A stretch of 46,575 nt of DNA, taken from positions 1-46,575 of the forward strand of contig CAZSMN010000002.1 of the NCBI GenBank assembly GCA_964607615.1. Reading direction: 5' to 3'. Shown piece by piece: positions 10,468-16,265 of the stretch (positions are counted from its first letter, which is position 1; each line of letters opens with the position of its first letter). The translations under genes and the position numbers were made by a program. This DNA is from an uncultured Chthoniobacterales bacterium. Lineage in GTDB: Bacteria > Verrucomicrobiota > Verrucomicrobiia > Chthoniobacterales > Terrimicrobiaceae. The notes beneath the pieces were generated by a model. The model did no database searches, was not told where the DNA came from, and was given only the letters and a program-made list of their open reading frames with translations.

Positions 10468-11817
10468 TCAGAAATTGCAGCCGAACTGGGCGCCGATCAC
10501 GAGAGCGTTCGGGGTTTGGGTGCCATTCGGCTGGATGATGTATTGGATGTCGGGCTGGATGAAGACGTTCGGGGTGAGATTGATGATGTAGCTGACGTCG
10601 AAGACGGTCTCCGCCGTCGGGTTCGATCCGGACTGCTCCGGCGCCGGCGCGAACGCGGATCCCAGCGCTCCGGTCATCCATGTGCACAAAAATTGATCCT
10701 GATCGCGTTGAGGCAGGATTCCCTGCCAGATGAGGCCGCCGAATCCCATGACCGGCATCTGCGCCACATTCAGCTGTGGCGAGTAGGTGATGCCTCCCCA
10801 GAGCGCGAGATTCTGATTCGGGTTCTTCGCGTTTTGCCAAACGGTTTGCTGCCCGATCAGGTAGAAGCCGAAGGTGTTGTCTTCGACCTCCGGACCCGTG
10901 CCCGAGGCCAGCGGAAAGTTGGAGTAGTATCCGCCGAGCTTATAGGTGCCCTGCAGCCCGGTCTCAGCGGGAAGGACCGACTTCTTCCCATCCTTGTCGT
11001 GTGTGATTTCGGATTTCCTCTCTCCGAAAGTCGGGGTCCATCCGGTCTCAAGAAACATCAGAATGCCATCGCCGGGGCGGATGGAAAAATCCAACCCGTG
11101 ATAGGCGACAAGGCCCAGCCGGTCGGTAGCTTGGTAGATGCCGGAGTTTACGTAGGTAATGGGCGAGGGATTGATCTTCAGGGTCGCTCCCCAGGTGGCA
11201 TTGGGAGAACTGGTGAACTTTGAGTTCATGAAAAGGCTGGTCGGGTTTCCGTTAATGCCGCCGCTTACCTGAATGCCGAATGCCGGCAACGAGCAGAAGT
11301 CGTCGGCGGCGACGAGGCGGCCGATCTTGAATTCCAGGAAATCGTTGAACAGCACCTGATGGTAGAAGAGCTCGTAGAACATGGCCGTCGGCGTGACGTA
11401 GGATTCCGAAACGTTGAAGACGTTGCCGATATCGGTTGAGAGATTGCGCCCGTTATTCTGGGCGCCCGAGATTTTGAAGGAAGCACCCTTCCATCCCACG
11501 AGCTTCTCCATGTCGAGAGTGACCCCGTAGAGCATCTCATCCGTGTAGGCAACCTCCCGCGTCAGACCTCCCACAGGATTGCCTTGGAAGACGCCCCAGT
11601 AGTTGAAGAACGGCGTTACCCCGTGATCGCCGGCCTTTTCAAATTCGGACTCAACCAGGTTGGGAAACCAGAAAAGATCAGCGCTGGCGGTGGATCCGCG
11701 CGCCACCGGCGCACCGCCTTCGACGGTTGGCAGACCCGCAAATAATGCGGAGGCCACAAGGCAGAAACAAGCAACCGCAGGGAGGGGGGCGAAGACCGCG
11801 CGTGGCGTGCCTTTCAT
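10468..11817 (-). CDS. OprB-family (carbohydrate-selective type) outer-membrane porin
   Basis: Signal-like N-terminus from ATG 11817 (MKGTPRAVFAPLPAVACFCLVASALFA). The sequence is beta-strand rich with alternating aromatics. OprB-like C-terminal block IQPDIQYIIQPNG...VIGAQFGCNF ends in a terminal Phe. The TTG track start at 11853 is less likely. Confidence 0.8.
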   Translation of the reverse strand: MKGTPRAVFAPLPAVACFCLVASALFAGLPTVEGGAPVARGSTASADLFWFPNLVESEFEKAGDHGVTPFFNYWGVFQGNPVGGLTREVAYTDEMLYGVTLDMEKLVGWKGASFKISGAQNNGRNLSTDIGNVFNVSESYVTPTAMFYELFYHQVLFNDFLEFKIGRLVAADDFCSLPAFGIQVSGGINGNPTSLFMNSKFTSSPNATWGATLKINPSPITYVNSGIYQATDRLGLVAYHGLDFSIRPGDGILMFLETGWTPTFGERKSEITHDKDGKKSVLPAETGLQGTYKLGGYYSNFPLASGTGPEVEDNTFGFYLIGQQTVWQNAKNPNQNLALWGGITYSPQLNVAQMPVMGFGGLIWQGILPQRDQDQFLCTWMTGALGSAFAPAPEQSGSNPTAETVFDVSYIINLTPNVFIQPDIQYIIQPNGTQTPNALVIGAQFGCNF

Positions 11818-11999
11818 AAGCGCTACTAATACAAGAGCGCACAATAGCGTCAAGAAGAAAGCCGCTCTGCCGCAAACGATTGTTACCGCTGCGGACCTTT
11901 TGAGAAGGGCGACCCCGGACCATGTAACGGTTAATCGCGTGCTGGTTGGAAGAATTTGCGGCTATGCATGCGCTCGCCCCACGCGGTGGAGATAGAACG

Positions 12000-12345
12000 C
12001 GGAGAGGGGTGGGATTGCGCGCGTTGCAGGCTCTGCGAGTTGGGCTTTGCTTTTCTCGATGGGCGCTTTGCGCCAGGCAATCGAACGGAAGTTCTTCATC
12101 CCACCGGGATGTCACTGGTTTTCGCTGCGCTCAAATATACGGAAGGCGTGGGATTGATCGGCTTCGCCTTACCCCGTCGGGGTCCCGCTAGAGCGGGATC
12201 TGTGTCGCTTTGCTCCGCTCGAACTGCGTTCTCATCCCACGGAACACGACTTGGATTCGCTTTGCGAATTTGGCGGAAGGGGTAGGATTCAAACCACGGT
12301 GGGTTTAACCCCACGGTCGTGGTTCGAGTCGAGTGACCAGCTATC
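12000..12345. repeat. Three tandem ~135-140 nt structured units (U1 12000-12139, U2 12140-12273, U3 12274-~12345, truncated or divergent)
   Basis: Each unit opens with CGGA(A/G)(G/A)GG(G/C)GT(G/A)GGATT. U1 is closed by an 8-bp inverted repeat, GGTGGGAT 12008-12015 with ATCCCACC 12098-12105. U2 is closed by CGTGGGAT 12147-12154 with ATCCCACG 12234-12241. U3 has a GTGGG-N6-CCCAC hairpin at 12299-12314. The internal hairpin-forming motif GCTTTGC recurs four times. Confidence 0.6.
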
Positions 12346-12366
12346 TGAAGGTAAAAAAGCTACTAA

Positions 12367-12864
12367 AAATCGACATATTTGGCAGTTAACAGAATACTTG
12401 TTTTGAAATTTCGAACTGAGAAACCTTACTTACAGACCTCAGTTAACGCTCGCTAGTGAGGTTGTTTTCGAGCAAATCACATGCTCTTTTTAAGTGTTCG
12501 ATGTGTTTCATGCGGTGCCTTTATCTGACTTTCGCGAGTGTCAATCTGCGAACAAAAACGGAAGGGCTAAACTTGCGATGAATTTCTAAAGTCCAATAGG
12601 AGATCCCCCGGCTCTCCCGGGGAGGCTATCGAAGTGCGACGTTTCGTGCATTCGTCAAACCCATTCAAGATGTGAGCCGCTCAAACCAACATTCCAAATG
12701 AAACATGGAAGACTGCTGAGCGAGGGGAATTCTTGGTGGATATGGTGGGCCTAAATAAGGAACTCATCCGGCGAGATCTCGCAGAACAAGAAATCGAAGA
12801 TCTAAGGCTCGATCAGATAGAGATGCCCTGGATTGGAGGGACCTGCGACAACACGGAGGAATAA
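12367..12864 (+). pseudogene. Decayed IS200/IS605-family Y1 transposase (TnpA/RAYT-like) gene
   Basis: A single reading frame is interrupted by in-frame stops at 12454, 12457, 12526, 12568 and 12673. The conceptual product has N-terminal NRILVLKFRTEKPY (compare YHIVFAPKYRRQAFY), a degraded HUH-like ANHMLFL (compare ADHIHMLL), and C-terminal ERGEFLVDMVGLNKELIRRDLAEQEIEDLRLDQIEMPW (compare CRGYYVDTVGKNTAKIQDYIKHQLEEDKMGEQLSIPY of Salmonella IS200 TnpA, from memory). Local GC is ~45% by hand count. Confidence 0.45.
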
Positions 12865-13059
12865 CGAACTGAAACAGACCGCTTTGAGCGGCTGCAATCT
12901 TTAAGCGCCCGGCTTTGCCGGGGGTCGATGACTGCTTCTCTCCTCCGCAGGCGTAGGTGTTTGAAGTCTACTGCTAGGCAAGAAGAAGGCGCATGGGGTC
13001 AAAACCCCATCGTGCATAGAAGAGAAACACGGGAGCGTCTCGGAAACCTTTCGACTACC

Positions 13060-13344
13060 ATGCTTGCCAAATTCAAAATCGATTACGCCGTTCCCTTCAA
13101 CCGCCACGAATCCCCCGAGCACCATCTGACCGATGATCCGGTGGCGTGCGAAGAGTTTCTTGCCGAACTTCTGGAGAGGAAGTTCCGCATCCAGGGCATT
13201 CTGCACAACGGGATACCGCTGGAGCCGGCCCTCTTCGACAAGATGTTGCGCACCGCTGCGGGGCTTCTTGCCGCGGATCACCTTCGCGCCTCGCTGGGAA
13301 TTGACAGCGTTGAGGCCCGGCACCGCTTCGGAACGCCCGCCTGA
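13060..13344 (+). CDS. Hypothetical 94-aa protein
   Basis: ATG at 13060 (MLAKFKIDYAVPFNRHESPEHHLTDDPVACEEFLAELLERKF...). Third-position GC matches the genome and the composition is balanced, unlike the antisense ORF 12901-13323. No domain recognised. Confidence 0.5.
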   Translation: MLAKFKIDYAVPFNRHESPEHHLTDDPVACEEFLAELLERKFRIQGILHNGIPLEPALFDKMLRTAAGLLAADHLRASLGIDSVEARHRFGTPA

Positions 13345-13347
13345 GCG

Positions 13348-14202
13348 TCAGTGTAGAAACCGTTCCAGTGCGATGTGCCGCGCGACGCGACGGAGGTAGG
13401 ATCTCCCGCGCCGCGCCGTTGCGAGTATCGTCTCCCCGTCTCCTTCGCTGGCGATCTCCAGAATAAAGACGCTGTGGAAATGCACATAGGCCAGCTCGCG
13501 CAGGACGCGCTCCCATTTGATGCATCCATCGCCGGGAGGAAGGTGCTCGTCGCCATGGCCGTGGTTGTCATGGGCATGGACGAGGCGGATTTTCGGCCCG
13601 AGGGAGTGAATCAGGAGCTGGAGATCCCTTGAGAGGGCGGCGTGGCCTGTATCAAGACAGGCTCCAACCTGGCAGGTGTTAAGGGCGTTGAGGATCCGCA
13701 GCATGTCGCGGATGTTTCCGAAAAGAAGGTGGGGAAGCTTGTTCTCCACGGCGCAGCCGATGCCGGCGCGCGCACAGGCATCGGCGATCCGGCTCAGCGA
13801 GCGGACGGCATGATCGATCCGGCGCATGCGCTCCTCGCCGGCGTCGGGGACTGCGATCTCCGATCCCGGGTGGACCACGAGATGATGTGCGCCGAAGGCT
13901 GCGGCCGCATCGACCGCGCAGAGGATCTCCTGGACAGAGGACTCGCGGCAGGTGGTGTCCGGGGACGAGATATCGAGGCCGATGGCAAAGGGGGCGTGGA
14001 GCGAATAGACTTCCATTCCGAGCGCCACAGCGAGCGCGGCGGCCTCGCGCACCACAGCGGCATGATGGATGTTGAGATGGGCCGGCGACGTGCACACCTC
14101 GACGAGGCTGAAGCCGCTCGAACGGATCGGCTCCAGACATTTGAGGATGCTATCGCGCCAGAAACAGCCCGTTGACAGGCCCACGGGCCAGTTTGTCATC
14201 AT
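13348..14202 (-). CDS. Xylose isomerase-like / AP-endonuclease-2 (EndoIV) fold TIM-barrel protein
   Basis: 284 aa carrying the metal-ligand series typical of PF01261-type barrels: LHAPF, HLVVHPGSE, AVENK, CLDTGHA, LVHAHDNHGHGDEHLPPGDGCIKW. The start codons (ATGATG at 14202) lie 53 nt inside the 3' end of the upstream gene. Confidence 0.8.
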   Translation of the reverse strand: MMTNWPVGLSTGCFWRDSILKCLEPIRSSGFSLVEVCTSPAHLNIHHAAVVREAAALAVALGMEVYSLHAPFAIGLDISSPDTTCRESSVQEILCAVDAAAAFGAHHLVVHPGSEIAVPDAGEERMRRIDHAVRSLSRIADACARAGIGCAVENKLPHLLFGNIRDMLRILNALNTCQVGACLDTGHAALSRDLQLLIHSLGPKIRLVHAHDNHGHGDEHLPPGDGCIKWERVLRELAYVHFHSVFILEIASEGDGETILATARRGRSYLRRVARHIALERFLH

Positions 14203-15595
14203 TTCTCAGCTCCAGTGCGCACTGGCGGAACCTCTCAAGATTGTCCGGACAGGCTATGGTTGTGCAGATTCCTTTTTCGCGGGCGGACTGGCAGTTCAGG
14301 TCGATGAGGTCATCGGTTCCTACCGCAAAGAGCCCGGAGAATATGCGGGTGTAAAATTCGGCCCGCATGGCGGGATCATATCCGGTCCACTGGTTTCCCC
14401 AGCCGAAATCACGTTCGAACTTCGAGCGGATGAGGCCCGCGATATGGCGGGGGTGCCATCCCCGGGCCAGAAAAATCTGGGTGATAAGCCGCATGTTGCA
14501 GGGCCGGAGCAGCAGATCGTTCGGGTGGGTGAGAACCCTCTGCGCGCAGGCGGGGAGGCCCGCTCGATCCAGCAGGTCGTAGGTGTACGGCCAGCTTTCA
14601 GGTGCAGAAGGCGTCTCGGCGTAGAACCATTCGTGAAAGGTCCTCAGCGAGGACTCTCTGTAAGCGGTGACCAGCTTCGCCATGCCGTCCGGTTGACTGG
14701 GAATTCCCGCCGGGGTATCGGTCGCGATCTCGGCCGCGGCGTCCGGAGTTCTCATGCGGTGGACATGCGGGCCCCATTGGTTCTGCTTGAGGGGAACAAA
14801 GACGAGCGGCTCCAGCTGTTGGACAATATGCGTTCCGACAAGCCCCTCCTGCTGCCAGGGCTTGAGGTAGCCGCTGAAGGGCGTGCGGACGGTTCGCGTG
14901 GGGAGGGGATCCCCGTATTCGGAGACGTCGATGGAGACCATCTCGCGCCCGCGCAGGGTGGGACCGACTTCAACCGCCGTGAGGTCCACCGGGATGGCGC
15001 ATTCGGGTGATGCGACCTTCTTCACGTGGTGGGCGACGAATTCCATCACGAGCCCGAGCCCGGCAAACGCGCGGACCATGGTGGCGGAGGCCTTGCGACC
15101 CCGCGGAAGGTAATTCGGGGTGCCGGATGGCGCGGCCGACCGGCCGAGCTCCACCAGACACTCGAAGGCGGCGGAGTCTGCGGGAATGCTCCAGGCGTAG
15201 TGGTGGCCGCGTCCGCTGAGCACATGGAGGGGATGGATGCCGAACTGTGCGAGGAGCGTCTCAATCGCGCGGGCGACCGGCTCCTGAAGCTCAAAGGCCC
15301 TGCCCGGGTCGAGGTAGGGTTCGCCTGCGAAATCAAAGTTCACATACTCCACATCGAGGTGGGCGATGAGGCACGCGCTGTCCCAGAGCGAGCGGCAGAT
15401 ATCGAGGCCCTCGTCGAGGCCGAGGTCGAGGTCTCCGGGCGGGCGCGGTGCCCGGTCGGCGCGGAACGGGCCGTCGGCCGTGATGTATTCGCAGGTTGCC
15501 GTCTCGGCGCAGTCGCCGCCGAGAAACTCGCTGATCCGGGACCGGACCGCCGGACGGCGGTAGTAGGACTTCAGGATGCCTGTGATGTCCTTCAT
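14150..15595 (-). CDS. Uncharacterised protein with an archaeo-eukaryotic primase (AEP/PrimPol)-like catalytic core and a Cys-rich C-terminal domain
   Basis: 481 aa. Motif I-like CLIAHLDVEY (D81-x-E83). Motif II-like VLSGRGHHYAW (sGxGxH, aa 127-132). Motif III-like SIDVSEYGDPLPTRTVRTPFSGYLK (D223...R-x-P-x-S...K). The C-terminal ~150 aa has Cys at 350, 366, 435, 443, 448 and 459. The gene itself is well supported; the function is motif-level inference. Confidence 0.6.
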   Translation of the reverse strand: MKDITGILKSYYRRPAVRSRISEFLGGDCAETATCEYITADGPFRADRAPRPPGDLDLGLDEGLDICRSLWDSACLIAHLDVEYVNFDFAGEPYLDPGRAFELQEPVARAIETLLAQFGIHPLHVLSGRGHHYAWSIPADSAAFECLVELGRSAAPSGTPNYLPRGRKASATMVRAFAGLGLVMEFVAHHVKKVASPECAIPVDLTAVEVGPTLRGREMVSIDVSEYGDPLPTRTVRTPFSGYLKPWQQEGLVGTHIVQQLEPLVFVPLKQNQWGPHVHRMRTPDAAAEIATDTPAGIPSQPDGMAKLVTAYRESSLRTFHEWFYAETPSAPESWPYTYDLLDRAGLPACAQRVLTHPNDLLLRPCNMRLITQIFLARGWHPRHIAGLIRSKFERDFGWGNQWTGYDPAMRAEFYTRIFSGLFAVGTDDLIDLNCQSAREKGICTTIACPDNLERFRQCALELRNDDKLARGPVNGLFLAR

Positions 15596-15659
15596 GTGAG
15601 GGGGGTGACCCGCCGCGCGAGGGGTAGGGGGAAGCGCGGCGGGTCGGTTGCGGGGCAGG

Positions 15660-16109
15660 TCAGGAGACGGGAACCTCGAGCGCCTGGGCTTTGGTCTCAG
15701 GTCCCTTGGGGAGATGGACCTTCAGCAGGCCGTCTTTGAACTCGGCGCTGATCTCTTCGCCCTTGGCGCCCTCCGGCAGGAGGAACGACCGCTCGAAGGC
15801 GCCGTAGGCGCGCTCGATCCGGTGGTAGCGGAGGCCTTTCTCCTCCTTCTCGAGCTTGCGCTCGCCGGTGATGCGGAGCGAGCCGTCCTCAACGCGGACT
15901 TTGACTTCGTCTTTTTTCACCTCCGGGAGGTCGACCTTGATGGTGAACTCCTTGTCGGTTTCGGCCACATCGACGAGCGGCATCCACTCGTTGACGCCGA
16001 TGGTCTCATCGGCGGTGCCCGGCAGCAGAGGCCGGCCGAAGAGGTTGGCCATGCGGTTCTGCATTGTTTCGAGATCTCTGATCGGGTTCCATTTTGTCAG
16101 CATATTCAT
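15660..16109 (-). CDS. Hsp20/alpha-crystallin small heat-shock protein
   Basis: 149 aa from ATG 16109 (MNMLTKWNPIRDLE..). Alpha-crystallin domain blocks PLVDVAETDKEFTIKVDLPEVKKDEVKV, ERAYGAFERSFLLP and AEFKDGLLKVHLPK. Confidence 0.9.
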   Translation of the reverse strand: MNMLTKWNPIRDLETMQNRMANLFGRPLLPGTADETIGVNEWMPLVDVAETDKEFTIKVDLPEVKKDEVKVRVEDGSLRITGERKLEKEEKGLRYHRIERAYGAFERSFLLPEGAKGEEISAEFKDGLLKVHLPKGPETKAQALEVPVS

Positions 16110-16265
16110 TGGGTTCGGTTCGTTGTCCGGCTGGTGCTTCGTTGTCCGCCCGTCCGCGCAGCCGGGCCGCGGGCGGAAGGTGGCCGGGCCGCGTGCAAGC
16201 CGGCCGGTTGGTATCAACAGACACGCGGAGGGAGGGGGCGGAAATAAGGTGAAACCCCACCACGC

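Noticed and set aside
10421-10840. The 140-codon N-terminal extension of the 908-aa ORF (8114-10840) upstream of the AdiA-like core
   Set aside because: The extension is Arg/His/Pro-rich with no domain. It overlaps the well-supported 3' end of the OprB porin gene in another frame. The paralogous decarboxylase starts with the same MIER..RVL.VDD sequence found at ATG 10420.
12000-12273. Tandem riboswitch in the leader of the porin/adiA train
   Set aside because: I could not match either unit to any riboswitch core I know (glycine, lysine, guanidine, c-di-GMP, SAM, TPP). Head-motif repetition and the adjacency to a Y1 transposase relic fit a repeat-element origin at least as well. It is left as an open alternative inside the repeat finding.
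11660-12314. ORFs listed in the track across the porin-upstream region (11660-11995, 11678-12115, 11946-12191, 11956-12285, 12096-12314)
   Set aside because: They overlap each other on both strands and have Arg/Cys/Gly-rich composition. They run straight through the inverted-repeat modules, and none has a recognisable motif.
12271-12352. An intact tRNA gene on the minus strand
   Set aside because: Only the T-loop, acceptor 3' strand and CCA look tRNA-like. The T-stem does not pair (CGTGG versus CCTAC), and no 5' acceptor strand (GGAAGGG) or D-arm is present. The only good local stem has a 6-nt loop. It is kept as a tRNA-derived fragment, not as a gene.
12346-15650. An active integrated element or defence island spanning the IS relic, orphan gene, TIM barrel and AEP-like gene
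   Set aside because: There is no integrase, intact transposase, direct-repeat boundary or any ATPase/nuclease/toxin signature. GC content returns to the genomic level from ~12930 onward, so only the IS relic itself looks foreign.
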